Source: Actinomycetota bacterium (GTDB lineage: Bacteria; Actinomycetota; Thermoleophilia; RBG-16-64-13). Taken from it: a stretch of DNA of 64,000 bases. Positions 1 to 10,117 of the stretch are shown piece by piece. A model generated the notes under the pieces. That model had not been told where the DNA came from, made no database searches, and saw nothing but the letters and a program-made list of their open reading frames with translations. The stretch lies in NCBI GenBank assembly GCA_012523095.1, contig JAAYJE010000022.1, forward strand, positions 68,784 to 132,783. Reading direction: 5' to 3'. The translations under genes were made by a program, and so were the position numbers. The stretch's first letter is position 1. Every line of letters starts with the position of its first letter.

Positions 1-1340
1 GCGGCATACACCCCCAGCCGGTCAAGCCGTTCCCCAAGATACCGAATAGCTTCTTCATTGGTCAGGTCGAACCTGCTTACAAGACGCCTCACCTTCTCGC
101 CCCGCACCACAAAGCCGTGCTTCTGTTTGTGGACTGTGAAGCTTGCTTGCCCGATGGCTGCCGGCCTGTAGAGCACGTGACCGTCGTCGATCTCGGCGGA
201 GACCGCCGCCGTATCCCAAGGTCGGGTCTCTCCAGGCTCGGCCCCGGCGGCCTCTATCTCGGGGGTCCGCAACTCTTCGAGCAGAGGTCCCACCCACCGC
301 AGCAGGCCGGTCAGACCCGCTCCGGTGACCGCCGAGACCGCCCATACCAACTGACGGGAGAGGGGTTCGTCGTCGCCCACCACATAGGTGAAGGCCGGAT
401 GTCCGGCGGCGCGTAGCCGTTCCACCTCCGCAACGAAAACCTCCACTTGTTCCTCGACCTCCGCAGTGGGCAACGCGTCGATCTTGTTGAGCACCACCAC
501 CTGCGGCTTCTCGCCCAGGCCCGTGGCGTGGGCGTCCAGCTCGGCGAGGATGGTGCGGAAGCCTTCCAGCGGCCCGGCACCATAGTATCCGGTCAGGTCC
601 ACCACGTGCAGAAGCAGACGACATCGCTCCAAGTGGGCAAGGAACTCGTGCCCAAGACCCACGCCATCGCCGGCCCCCTCAAGCAGCCCGGGCACGTCGG
701 CCAAAGTGAACATGTCGTTCTCACCCGACCAGTCGACCACCCCCAACATCGGCTCGACCGTGGTGAACGGATAATCGGCCACCTTGGGCTTGGCGTTGGA
801 GAATCGTCGCAGCAGCGACGACTTGCCAGCGTTGGGGAGCCCGGCCAGTCCGGCGTCAGCCATGAGCTTCAGGGAGAGTCGCAGCCATCCGGCCTCGCCC
901 TCCTCGCCCAGCTCGGCGAACTTCGGGGCCTGGCGTACAGAGTTCACGAAGCGGGCGTTACCGTGACCCCCGGCGCCGCCCCGCGCCACCACGACCTTCT
1001 GACCGAGATACACCATATCGGCTATCAGCCTATCCCCAAGCTCATCTTCCACCCGAATCTGCGTGCCGAGAGGCACCGGCACCACCGCAGTCTCGCCGTT
1101 GGCACCATGCTTACGCGCCCCTTGTCCCGCCTGGCCCGCGCCCGCCTTGAAGTGCACTTTGTACGTGAAAAGCTGGAGATCGCGCTTCTGGGGGTCGGCC
1201 GCTACGATGACGTCTCCCCCCCGGCCTCCGTCACCACCGTCGGGACCGCCGCGAGGTACGTGTTTCTCTCTACGAAAAGAGATGCATCCGTTCCCGCCGT
1301 TTCCTGCCGCCACATGTATCTTTGCTCGATCGTAGAACAT
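1..1340 (-). CDS. obg: GTPase Obg/CgtA (3' end truncated by window start)
   Basis: Manual minus-strand translation from ATG at 1340 gives MFYDRAKIHVAAGNGGNGCISFRREKHVPRGGPDGGDGGRGGD...GHGNARFVNSVRQAPKFAELGEEGE. The reading frame stays open to position 1, where the peptide reads ...NEEAIRYLGERLDRLGVYAA (Obg C-terminal domain). It lies downstream of rplU-rpmA as in the canonical operon. It is absent from the ORF track because no in-window stop exists. Confidence 0.9.
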   Translation of the reverse strand, partial: MFYDRAKIHVAAGNGGNGCISFRREKHVPRGGPDGGDGGRGGDVIVAADPQKRDLQLFTYKVHFKAGAGQAGQGARKHGANGETAVVPVPLGTQIRVEDELGDRLIADMVYLGQKVVVARGGAGGHGNARFVNSVRQAPKFAELGEEGEAGWLRLSLKLMADAGLAGLPNAGKSSLLRRFSNAKPKVADYPFTTVEPMLGVVDWSGENDMFTLADVPGLLEGAGDGVGLGHEFLAHLERCRLLLHVVDLTGYYGAGPLEGFRTILAELDAHATGLGEKPQVVVLNKIDALPTAEVEEQVEVFVAEVERLRAAGHPAFTYVVGDDEPLSRQLVWAVSAVTGAGLTGLLRWVGPLLEELRTPEIEAAGAEPGETRPWDTAAVSAEIDDGHVLYRPAAIGQASFTVHKQKHGFVVRGEKVRRLVSRFDLTNEEAIRYLGERLDRLGVYA

Positions 1341-1388
1341 GGGCGGCTCCCAGAGACGGAAGGCCCGGCCACGGCTGCCGGTCGGCAG

Positions 1389-1640
1389 CTACTCGGCCAC
1401 TATGCTGACAACACGCCCCGCCCTGCCGGTGGTGAAGACCACTTTGCCGGCAGCCTTGGCGAACAGGGTGTCGTCAGAGCCTATGCCTACGTTGACGCCG
1501 GGGCGGAAACGGGTGCCTCGTTGACGTACGAGGATGGAACCGGCAGTGACTGTCTCGCCGGCGAACGCCTTAACACCCAGACGCTGGGCGTTGGAATCGC
1601 GGCCGTTTCTAGAGCTGCCGCCGCCCTTTTTGTGAGCCAT
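1389..1640 (-). CDS. rpmA: 50S ribosomal protein L27
   Basis: 83 aa, [24 protein letters not shown]... which is the L27 N-terminal signature. Confidence 0.95.
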   Translation of the reverse strand: MAHKKGGGSSRNGRDSNAQRLGVKAFAGETVTAGSILVRQRGTRFRPGVNVGIGSDDTLFAKAAGKVVFTTGRAGRVVSIVAE

Positions 1641-1652
1641 GCCCCGTCCTTC

Positions 1653-1955
1653 CTATGCGATCTTCTTCACCTCGAGGCGGGTGTGCCCGGCACGGAAGCC
1701 GGCCTTCTTGCGCCAACCCCGCTTGGGCTTGAACCTCGAGACGGTGATCTTCGGTCCACGGAAGTGCTCGACCACCTTGGCCGTGATCTTGATCTTCTTG
1801 CCCTCGCCCGCCATTCGGAGACTGCCTGCATCCGAGACGAATACCGGGCTCAACTCGACGGTGGCGCCTTCGGCGGCATTGAGACGGTCGACGACGACCT
1901 CCCAGCCTTCCTCGACCCGGTACTGCTTACCGCCGACTTCGACGATGGCGAACAT
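1653..1955 (-). CDS. rplU: 50S ribosomal protein L21
   Basis: MFAIVEVGGKQYRVEEG... L21 signature. The start is trimmed to the internal Met at 1955, because the 18 aa upstream in the track ORF are not L21-like. Confidence 0.9.
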   Translation of the reverse strand: MFAIVEVGGKQYRVEEGWEVVVDRLNAAEGATVELSPVFVSDAGSLRMAGEGKKIKITAKVVEHFRGPKITVSRFKPKRGWRKKAGFRAGHTRLEVKKIA

Positions 1956-2059
1956 CACCACTCCTCGCATGCTTTCACTAATTAGCAGCGGCCGCGCCGG
2001 CGGCCGCAAGCAAGGCAGTATAGCAGGCCTGTCCGCAGCCTACCACTTGACCCGCGACG

Positions 2060-3508
2060 TCAATCGGGAACGATCGCCAGATGGTCTAAAGGTACGTTCT
2101 CATCCGCCGTCTGCACGAGTATCCGGCGACCTGTCCCCCCTTCGATCTGGAGAAGCAGTCGACTCCGCCCGCTCACCAACTCGGCGGCGATCCGTGGATG
2201 CACCTCGACACGAACACCGGAGGAGACCGCCGACTGAACTAGGTCTTGGATGCGCCTCACCACTTCAATGAGGGCGGATTCCTCGGAGAGCACGTGGCCC
2301 TCCCCCCGGCACCGCGGGCATGACATCGTAACGGCCTCGCGTAGACCCCTAGTGATGTTCTGTCGAGTCATCTCCACCAGACCCAGCGGCGATATCTCCA
2401 CGACGTAGGTCTTGGTGCGATCGCGGTCGAGTTCCGTTTGCAGAGCCAGGAGCACCGCCTCCCGGTTCGCCCGGGAAGTCATATCGATAAAATCGATGAC
2501 GATGATCCCACCTATGTCGCGAAGCCGCAGTTGGCGCACGATCTCTCGACAGGCCTCGACGTTGGTTTTGACCGTGGTATCTTCGAGATATCGTCGGCCG
2601 ACATAACGTCCTGTGTTGACGTCGATGACCGTCATGGCCTCCGTGTGGTCTATGACGATGTAGCCGCCCGAGGGCAGATCCACCCTCCGCTCGAGAGCCT
2701 TCTTGAGCTCTGCCTCCACCCCGAAGCGCTCGAACAGCGAAACCGCACCTTCGTATCGCTCGATCCGGCCCGCGAGGTCGGGAGCGACGATCCGCAGGTA
2801 GCTTACCAGCCTGCGGTGCAGCTTCTCGTCGTCGACCAGGACCGTCGCAGACTCCAAACCCAGCAGATCGCGCACCGAGCGAATGGCCAATTCCGCCTCC
2901 GCATATAGTAGAGAGGGCGCGCTGCTCGTCGCCGCCCGCCGTTCGACACCGCTCCACACCCGACGTAAGAAGCGCAGATCGCGGCGTATGGCTTCCTCCC
3001 CGGCCCCTTCGGCGGCGGTGCGGATGACGAACCCTCCCGTTACGGCGTCGATATCACGGCAGATGGAGCGCAGACGCTCCCGCTCGACATCGCCCAACCT
3101 CCGGGACACCCCAGACGTCACGGTCTGGGGCAGGTATACGAGGTGGCGGCCGGCGATGCTGAGTTGAGTGGTGAGACGAGGCCCCTTGCCGCCCATCGCG
3201 TCGCGCACCACCTGCACCAGCACCTCTTTGCCGCCCTTGAGCAGACTTGTGATCTTGCGCGACCGACCCGTCGGGACCCCAGGCCCCGTTACTTCGTCTA
3301 CGTAGAGAAAACCGTTGCGATCGAGGCCGATGTCTACGAAGGCCGCGTCCATGCCCGCCAGCACGTTCTCCACCCGGCCTTTGTAGATGTTGCCCACGAT
3401 GGAAGCCCGACCGGGCCGTTCCACATACAGCTCCGCAGGCAGTCCCGCCTCCAGCAGAGCCACCCTGGTCTCGAACCTGTCACGAGAGACTAGAAGATGT
3501 CTAGACAA
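2060..3508 (-). CDS. rng: Ribonuclease G/E family endoribonuclease (RNase E/G catalytic domain, 482 aa)
   Basis: S1 domain plus RNase E/G catalytic core (IVGNIYKGRVENVLAGMDAAFVDIG, DIGGIIVIDFIDM). It sits upstream of rplU-rpmA-obg as in actinobacteria (rne). Confidence 0.85.
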   Translation of the reverse strand: MSRHLLVSRDRFETRVALLEAGLPAELYVERPGRASIVGNIYKGRVENVLAGMDAAFVDIGLDRNGFLYVDEVTGPGVPTGRSRKITSLLKGGKEVLVQVVRDAMGGKGPRLTTQLSIAGRHLVYLPQTVTSGVSRRLGDVERERLRSICRDIDAVTGGFVIRTAAEGAGEEAIRRDLRFLRRVWSGVERRAATSSAPSLLYAEAELAIRSVRDLLGLESATVLVDDEKLHRRLVSYLRIVAPDLAGRIERYEGAVSLFERFGVEAELKKALERRVDLPSGGYIVIDHTEAMTVIDVNTGRYVGRRYLEDTTVKTNVEACREIVRQLRLRDIGGIIVIDFIDMTSRANREAVLLALQTELDRDRTKTYVVEISPLGLVEMTRQNITRGLREAVTMSCPRCRGEGHVLSEESALIEVVRRIQDLVQSAVSSGVRVEVHPRIAAELVSGRSRLLLQIEGGTGRRILVQTADENVPLDHLAIVPD

Positions 3509-3518
3509 GACCCGACCT

Positions 3519-6215
3519 TCACGAAAGATGCACCTGCGTGCGCGTTATCCCGCTGATCCCTAGGGTCATGCCACTCAGCGTACCAAGGGATTCGACGACA
3601 CGCTCGGGACGTGCCGTTCCATCGGGAGTCACTGCGACCCTGAACGAAACGACGCAACCACCTCCGGGCGCCGCGGCCACCTCCACATGATCGACATACC
3701 TCTTGACGTCGATACTATGCGCCTTCCCCCGTCTCGTCTCCTTCACCGGCAACGAGGCCGTCGCGGCAAAACGACCGGCCGCCTCTCCCAACACCGCGGC
3801 AAGACCGTCCGTACCGGAGGAGGGAGAGTTCACATGGACCTCGTACGAGGCCGCCGCCACCCGCGCCGCCGGTGAACGCTTGGCGTCGTAGCGTTCGAGG
3901 GAGAGCAACCGGGTCCCGGCCGGCAGAGAGGCCGCTATACGGGCGCCGAAGTCGGCCGGCGGTTCCTCGGCGAGCTCGAAAACGCAGTATTCGCAGAGGC
4001 CCTCTACTCCCACCGCGAGCGGCAGGGCCAGGCTCAGTAGCGGCTTGGGGCGCATGCCCGCCGACAGGGAAAGTCGACCTCCGGCCCGACGCACAGCTCG
4101 GCGAAAGACCTCCACCCGGTCCAAATGACCGATATACCGATCCCTCCCGGTCACCGAGAAAGTGATCGCGTAGCGGAGGCCAGTGGGTATGGTAACACCT
4201 GCCGCTGCGGACACAGGGGCCCCCAACGCCGCTCGTACGGGCTCCAGGCCTGCATCGTCACCGGCTCTCAGGGCACGCCCATCCTCCCATGCGACGGGGA
4301 GATCCGTCGCCAGATCATTGGAAGCCGGGACCGCACAGGCCCCGCAGTCGTAGCATCCTTCCCACCGGCAGTCGCCGGTTGTCTCGCCTCCGGCCGCCTT
4401 CCTCCACTCGCTCCGGAGGAAGTCGGGTCCGACGGCTCCCTGGATCACGTCCCAGGGTAACGCGTCATCATCCGGGATGTCCGCGGTGGCAAGCGCCTCC
4501 GCGGACATGGAGATCTCCTCCAACGCCGTACGCCAGGCATCTTCCAGGAACTGCTCGGTCCATGAATCGAACCGGGCTCCTCGCCTCCAGGCGCCCTCTA
4601 TGACGGCGCCCAAGCCCTCGTCACCCCGAGCCAAGACCGCTTCGAGATAGCTCTTATCCACCCCATGCAGGGTCGTCTTGATCCCCGGCCTGCGCAGACG
4701 GGAGCGCAACAGCTCTTGGCGCCGCCGCAGGGTCTTCCGGTCGGCCATACCCGCCCACTGGAATGGAGTGAAGGGTTTGGGGACGAAATTGTTCACGCTG
4801 ATGTTGATCTGCAGCCGCCCCGCCCGCGTGCCGAGGATGCTCCTCCCGAGGTCGCGGATCCCCAGACACAGGTCGGCGATGGCGGTCACATCCTCGTCTT
4901 CTTCGAATGGCAACCCGATCATGAAATAGAGCTTCAGCGTGGTCCTGCCCCCGCTGAAGGCCTCCGCGGCGGCGGCCATCACGTCTTCCTCGGTGACGTT
5001 CTTGTTCACGACATCCCGCATGCGCTGACTCCCCGCCTCGGGGGCCAGGGTCAGAGACGGTCCCGTCGGTGAGACCAGTCCCGCCAGTCGCACAGCTGCG
5101 CTGTCCACCCGCAAAGAAGGCAGTGAGACCCGCACCTCTGGGTGAGCCGCCGCTGTGGCCGCCAGCAACTCCTCGATCCGCGAGTAGTCCGTGGTCGAAA
5201 GGGAAGCATAAGCCAGCTCCTGGTGGCCCGTCGATCGTAGTTGGACCTCCGTCATGCGGAGCACCTCATCCGGGGAGCGCTCTCTCACCGGCCGGTACCA
5301 CATCCCCGCCTGACAGAAACGGCAGCCACGCGTGCACCCCCGCATGACTTCGATCCAAGCTCGGTCGTGCACACCGGCCGTCAACGGCACCAAGCAGGTC
5401 TCCGGATACGGCACTCCTTCCAGCCGTTCAATCACCCGGCGTTTCACCGTGCCTGTGAGGCCTGGAACGTACACGCCTTCGACCTCGGCAAGGAGGCCCT
5501 TCTTCTCCGCCCGGGTGGCGCCTGCCTCTTTGGCCTCCCTCAGCACATCGAGGATCTCGACGAAGATCGCCTCACCGTCTCCTACTGCTACGGCGTCGAG
5601 GAAGCGACTCAGGGGCAGGAAATTCGCACAGGCCGGCCCTCCGGCTAGGACCAGGGGCTGTTCCTCCGTCCTCTCCTCCGTAAGCACCGCTAGACCCGCC
5701 AGGTCCAGCATCTCGAGGAGATTGGTGTAATTGAACTCGTGCTGGAGCGTGACGGCCAAGAGGTCGGCGCTGCCGACCGGCGTCCACGTCTCCAATGTCG
5801 GCAAGGAGACGCCTCGACGGCGCATGGCGGCGATGGCGTCCACCCAAGGCAGGTAGACGCGCTCGACGCCCACCCCCTCTGCTCCCGTGGCGATCTGATA
5901 GAGGATCTGGATGGCTTGGTTGGAGATCCCGATCTCGTAAGTATCGGGAAAGCCCAGCACCACCCGCAATTCCCGGGGATCCCCGCTGAACCCGGCACCG
6001 GCACCCCACTCTCCGCCTATCAGACGTGCGGGTTGCCGGATCTCGGCCAGGACGTCTTCAAGGCAACGGCCGATGGTCTTACTCAACGCCGCAGCGAGCC
6101 GACCAGAGCCACGACCTTGCTGGTGGAGGCGGGAGCGCCTCTCTCGAAATAGCGCACTGCCGCCCTGCCCATGACTAGAGTGGCGACATAGCCGACTAGG
6201 CCTTTCACCACCCAC
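3519..6215 (-). CDS. Fused B12-binding radical SAM protein (TIGR03960-like) plus DUF2344/TIGR03936-like C-terminal domain
   Basis: CTRGCRFCQAGMWY CxxxCxxC radical-SAM motif; N-terminal ...PARLIGGEWGA matches the conserved start of this family. The true start is probably near 6080, not 6215 (see overlap with the upstream gene). Context upstream of rne is typical for this family. Confidence 0.75.
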   Translation of the reverse strand: MGGERPSRLCRHSSHGQGGSALFRERRSRLHQQGRGSGRLAAALSKTIGRCLEDVLAEIRQPARLIGGEWGAGAGFSGDPRELRVVLGFPDTYEIGISNQAIQILYQIATGAEGVGVERVYLPWVDAIAAMRRRGVSLPTLETWTPVGSADLLAVTLQHEFNYTNLLEMLDLAGLAVLTEERTEEQPLVLAGGPACANFLPLSRFLDAVAVGDGEAIFVEILDVLREAKEAGATRAEKKGLLAEVEGVYVPGLTGTVKRRVIERLEGVPYPETCLVPLTAGVHDRAWIEVMRGCTRGCRFCQAGMWYRPVRERSPDEVLRMTEVQLRSTGHQELAYASLSTTDYSRIEELLAATAAAHPEVRVSLPSLRVDSAAVRLAGLVSPTGPSLTLAPEAGSQRMRDVVNKNVTEEDVMAAAAEAFSGGRTTLKLYFMIGLPFEEDEDVTAIADLCLGIRDLGRSILGTRAGRLQINISVNNFVPKPFTPFQWAGMADRKTLRRRQELLRSRLRRPGIKTTLHGVDKSYLEAVLARGDEGLGAVIEGAWRRGARFDSWTEQFLEDAWRTALEEISMSAEALATADIPDDDALPWDVIQGAVGPDFLRSEWRKAAGGETTGDCRWEGCYDCGACAVPASNDLATDLPVAWEDGRALRAGDDAGLEPVRAALGAPVSAAAGVTIPTGLRYAITFSVTGRDRYIGHLDRVEVFRRAVRRAGGRLSLSAGMRPKPLLSLALPLAVGVEGLCEYCVFELAEEPPADFGARIAASLPAGTRLLSLERYDAKRSPAARVAAASYEVHVNSPSSGTDGLAAVLGEAAGRFAATASLPVKETRRGKAHSIDVKRYVDHVEVAAAPGGGCVVSFRVAVTPDGTARPERVVESLGTLSGMTLGISGITRTQVHLS

Positions 6216-6934
6216 CCGATGTCCGGCATCCTGCGCACGAGGCAGCGGGTCACCCCTCGCAGGGCGAAGCCAAGCCCCACCACACCCACCAGCTCCACGA
6301 CGCGTTCTTGGTTGATATCCTCCCCGTAGATACCGGCGATGAAGAGCACCATCTTCGCCTGGTTCAAAGTCATCGCCGGCATGTCGGCGCCACGCGCGAA
6401 GAACGCCAGTCCTACCAGCCCGTTCTGACCCGCCGTACGCACTGTCACTCGGCGCGCCGCCGCGTCTCTGATGGCCGGATACCGCCGCCCCAGAGCTGCG
6501 ACGTGGTCACCCACGGCCTCCGCGCATACTCCAAAGAGCCGATCCCAACCCTCAGGCGAGTCGGCAAATGACAGACGCGTGGTCCTCAATCCGGTCCGGG
6601 TGGCCCTGCCCGTGGCAATATGCCCCTCATCGACGGCCACGACCGCCCCACCCTTCGGTGCGGAGCCGGCCAGAGCGGCTAGCGCCTCCGCCTCTCCCAC
6701 GGACGTCGTGAAAACCACCAGCAGCTCGCCGGGCGCCGACGCCATTTCAGCGAGTTCGGCCACCGAGCGGACCCAGGTGGCAGGCAGCGTGCCCCCAGAG
6801 GATAACTTCTGTTGAGCCAGAGCAACCAAACGCGGCTCTCCCGCAAGCACCACGTTGGACGACAGACCGGCGCCGGCCGATACCTCTTTCCAGGTGTTCA
6901 CGGCCTTTGACAAGTTGAACGGCAACCTGGCCAC
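6083..6934 (-). CDS. Hypothetical protein, DUF697-like C-terminal region (hydrophobic, G-rich)
   Basis: 283-aa ORF with good codon periodicity. The C-terminal half (MVLFIAGIYGEDINQERVVELVGVVGLGFALRG...) resembles DUF697. No catalytic motifs recognised. Confidence 0.4.
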   Translation of the reverse strand: MARLPFNLSKAVNTWKEVSAGAGLSSNVVLAGEPRLVALAQQKLSSGGTLPATWVRSVAELAEMASAPGELLVVFTTSVGEAEALAALAGSAPKGGAVVAVDEGHIATGRATRTGLRTTRLSFADSPEGWDRLFGVCAEAVGDHVAALGRRYPAIRDAAARRVTVRTAGQNGLVGLAFFARGADMPAMTLNQAKMVLFIAGIYGEDINQERVVELVGVVGLGFALRGVTRCLVRRMPDIGWVVKGLVGYVATLVMGRAAVRYFERGAPASTSKVVALVGSLRR

Positions 6935-6968
6935 TTACAGCCTCCCCATGAGAACCGCGCAAAAACCT

Positions 6969-8168
6969 CTACTTGGCCTCGCCGGCTACCGAGTGCACGT
7001 GGATGCTCTCCAGCAGCCCGACGGCCATCAAGAATACTACCAGGGAGCTGCTGCCGAAACTGATGAAAGGCAGCGGCAGACCCGTCACGGGCATGATCCC
7101 GATCGTCATGCCGATGTTCAAGAATACCTGGAACACCAGCACCGCCGCGACCCCGGCGGCGATGAGGGTGCCGTAGATATCTCGCGACATGCGGGCGATC
7201 CGGAAGGCCCGCCACACCACTATCGCGAAAAGTCCGATCAACAGAGCGCCGCCCAGAAAACCCAACTCCTCTCCAATGACCGCGAAGATGAAGTCGGTAT
7301 GGCGCTCGGGCACGAAGTGCAGGTTGTGTTGTGCGCCCTGCAGGTAGCCCTTGCCGGAGAACATGCCGCTCCCCACGGCGATTTTGCTCTGGATCAGCTG
7401 ATATCCACCGTGGAGAGGCTCCTTCTCGGGGTCGAGGAAGAGCGTGAGCCGTCGTATCTGGTAGTCCTTGAGGAGGCTGGTTCCGAAAACCGTCGGTAGT
7501 ACCCGTAAGGCAAGGACGGCGGCGGCCAAGGCCGCGCCCGCCACCATCCCAAGGTGCGGTAGGCGGATGCCCCATACCACGAGCATGACGACGAGTACGG
7601 CCGCCAAGACCAAGGCGGTGCCTAAGTCGGGCTGCAGATAGATGAGAATGCCGGGTATGAGCATGTAGATGACGCACATCACGATGAAGCGGAACCGGCC
7701 GCGGAGCTCGACACCCTCCGTCAGGACCGCCCCAAACGCCAGGATGAGCATGAACTTCACCAACTCGGCCGTCTGCAGGCGGAAGGATCCGTACTCGAGC
7801 CAGCGGTTCGCGCCGACGTCTTCGCCGCCCGTGCCGACCACTAGGGTGAGTATGAGGAGGATGATGCCGCCCCCGTAGATGTACATCTGCCAGCGGGCGA
7901 ACCATTTGTAGTTGGCGACGCTGAGCGAGATCAAGAACACTAATCCGATGATCAGACCGATGGCCTGCGACCGCACATAGTAGAAGGGGTTATCAGGGAA
8001 GGACAGATGTGTGGCCGAGTACAACATGAAGAAACCATACGTGACCAGAGCAAGAGTGGCCGCGAGCAGGATCCAGTCCATGCCCCGCAGGTAGGCTCCG
8101 ACTGAGAAGCCAAGCGGCTGACGACGCTCCCGAGCGACCTGCAACACACTGGGGGTGGTCTGATTCAC
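6969..8168 (-). CDS. rodA: Rod shape-determining protein RodA (SEDS family peptidoglycan glycosyltransferase)
   Basis: 399 aa, multi-TM FtsW/RodA/SpoVE family. It is adjacent to PBP2 and mreBCD. Confidence 0.85.
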   Translation of the reverse strand: MNQTTPSVLQVARERRQPLGFSVGAYLRGMDWILLAATLALVTYGFFMLYSATHLSFPDNPFYYVRSQAIGLIIGLVFLISLSVANYKWFARWQMYIYGGGIILLILTLVVGTGGEDVGANRWLEYGSFRLQTAELVKFMLILAFGAVLTEGVELRGRFRFIVMCVIYMLIPGILIYLQPDLGTALVLAAVLVVMLVVWGIRLPHLGMVAGAALAAAVLALRVLPTVFGTSLLKDYQIRRLTLFLDPEKEPLHGGYQLIQSKIAVGSGMFSGKGYLQGAQHNLHFVPERHTDFIFAVIGEELGFLGGALLIGLFAIVVWRAFRIARMSRDIYGTLIAAGVAAVLVFQVFLNIGMTIGIMPVTGLPLPFISFGSSSLVVFLMAVGLLESIHVHSVAGEAK

Positions 8169-8176
8169 AGGATCAC

Positions 8177-10117
8177 CTACTCGCTCGTTCTTATGTTCAT
8201 GTACGCGTGCTCCTGGTCGAAGTACGTCTCCATGACATAACGGACCACCGGAGCGGCCACAGCGCTGCCGTGCCCACCCTCCTCGATGATCGCCACGACT
8301 ACGATCTCGGGCTCACTGTTACCATCGGCGGGAGCGTAGCCGATGAAGAGCGCATAGTCATCATCGGGCTTCTTCTCGGCGGTACCCGTCTTGCCCGCCA
8401 CCGCCACCGGGAAGCCCCAGAAAGCGTCCACCGCCGTGCCGAGCTCGTTCCCTGTGGTCACATACCTCATACCCCGCCTGACCTTGCTCAGGTATTCGGA
8501 ATCGATCTCCAGTCCGCTCCGAGACTCGGGTTTGAACTGGCGGATGATCCTGCCGGACGAATCCGTGATCTGCAACGCTACGTGCGGCACCCAGACTGTA
8601 GCCGAGTGCAGTGGGCTGTCGTTGGCGATCGCGGACAGCGCCACGGCCAGCTGCAATGGGGTCACCAACAGGTCACCCTGCCCGATGGCCAGGTTGATCT
8701 CGTCTCCCGTCTTCCAGATCTGGTCGCCCGAGGTCTTGCCGGTCTTCCGCTTCCAGTCCTTGTCGGGCACCCGGCTCCCCTGAGTCTCTCCTGGAAGGTC
8801 GACGTCGGTCGGTTGACCGAAGCCGAACCCGCGCAGACCGTCCTGAAGCACCGCGCCCTTCTCGTAGTAGAGCATCTCGCCGAGCCTGTAGAAGTACACG
8901 TCGCATGATTGAGCGATGGCCGAGAGCAGATTCATAGACCCATGTCCATGGGGATAGGTCCAGTCTTTCCAGGTCTGTGCCCCGAATTTGTGCGTGCCCC
9001 CGCAATCGATAATGGTATCTGGCGTCACCACCCCGGCCTGAAGCGCCACCGAGGCCACGAAGGGCTTGAACGTCGAGCCAGCTGGGTAAAGCCCGTTGAG
9101 GGCGCGATTGACCAGAGGGGAGTTGGCCTCCGGCTCATTGAGTTCTCTATAGATCCTAGGATCCATGCCGCCAACCCACAGAGACGGGTCGTAGTTCGGA
9201 TACGAAGCCATAGCCAGAATCTCGCCGTTGCGAGGATCGAGAGCCACAACCGCCCCCCCGGCCGCGCTGGTGTAACCATCACCATGCGCCCTCCTGATGC
9301 CCTCCTGTATGGCCTCCTCAGCCGATTTCTGCAGTTTGGCGTCGATGGTGAGGACAAGGTTGTAGCCCGGCTCGGCCGGAATGTCGGCCGTAGTCTCAAT
9401 AGGTTTGCCGGCGGCGTTGACTTGGACCTTCTTTGAGCCGTCGGTGCCGCGCAGGTATGAGTCGTATACCCTCTCGACCCCGTCCTTGCCGATGTGGACC
9501 CCGGCCTTGAGTCCGGTGAACTCCTCCTTATCGAGGTCTTCGCCGGATATCTCGTTCACGTACCCCAGAACATGCGCGGCCAAGGCTCGGTTCGGATACT
9601 CCCTCAGATAGGTCTTCTCTACCATCACGCCGGGGAACTCCTCGCTGTTCTCCTTCAGATGGGCCACCACAGTCTCCTCAGGCACATCCTCAGCCACAGC
9701 CCGGGTCACCCAAGGATCGTTCTTCGCCCGCTCGTAATCGTCCAGCAGGTCGGCCAGAGGCACGTCGAGGAGCTCGGCCAGCGCGACCATCTCTTCGTAG
9801 AACTTCTGCGGCTCTTCCTTGGGATCGGGCATGTCCATGGGCAGCAGACTCACTGTCAGACCGGCCCGATTGTCGACCAAGACCTCGCCGTTACGGTCGT
9901 AGATGACCCCTCGGGGAGCTTCAACGACCACTTGACGTTCCCGGTTGACCATCGCTTCCGCCGTATACGAGTCACCGGACAAGATCTGCAGATACCAGAG
10001 GCGGAATGCGAGCACCCCGAAGAGAAAGAAGGCCACCAGCAACAGCACGCCCACTCTGACGCCAACGAAGGAGTCATCCTCCACCGGCCGTTTCTTCTTG
10101 ACAGGCTCAAGTATCAT
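8177..10117 (-). CDS. mrdA: Penicillin-binding protein 2 (peptidoglycan D,D-transpeptidase MrdA)
   Basis: N-terminal TM, PBP dimerisation domain, transpeptidase motifs STFKP (SxxK) and KTGTA. A 4-nt overlap with mreD suggests translational coupling. Confidence 0.85.
   Translation of the reverse strand: MILEPVKKKRPVEDDSFVGVRVGVLLLVAFFLFGVLAFRLWYLQILSGDSYTAEAMVNRERQVVVEAPRGVIYDRNGEVLVDNRAGLTVSLLPMDMPDPKEEPQKFYEEMVALAELLDVPLADLLDDYERAKNDPWVTRAVAEDVPEETVVAHLKENSEEFPGVMVEKTYLREYPNRALAAHVLGYVNEISGEDLDKEEFTGLKAGVHIGKDGVERVYDSYLRGTDGSKKVQVNAAGKPIETTADIPAEPGYNLVLTIDAKLQKSAEEAIQEGIRRAHGDGYTSAAGGAVVALDPRNGEILAMASYPNYDPSLWVGGMDPRIYRELNEPEANSPLVNRALNGLYPAGSTFKPFVASVALQAGVVTPDTIIDCGGTHKFGAQTWKDWTYPHGHGSMNLLSAIAQSCDVYFYRLGEMLYYEKGAVLQDGLRGFGFGQPTDVDLPGETQGSRVPDKDWKRKTGKTSGDQIWKTGDEINLAIGQGDLLVTPLQLAVALSAIANDSPLHSATVWVPHVALQITDSSGRIIRQFKPESRSGLEIDSEYLSKVRRGMRYVTTGNELGTAVDAFWGFPVAVAGKTGTAEKKPDDDYALFIGYAPADGNSEPEIVVVAIIEEGGHGSAVAAPVVRYVMETYFDQEHAYMNIRTSE

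Noticed and set aside
447-1985. 512-aa plus-strand ORF covering obg, rpmA and rplU
   Set aside because: It is antisense to three well-supported minus-strand genes (Obg, L27, L21) and has no recognisable domains. Long antisense ORFs are expected at about 70% GC.
6898-7905. 335-aa minus-strand ORF in alternative frame
   Set aside because: Overlaps rodA in another frame; Arg/Gly/Pro-rich frame-shifted artefact.
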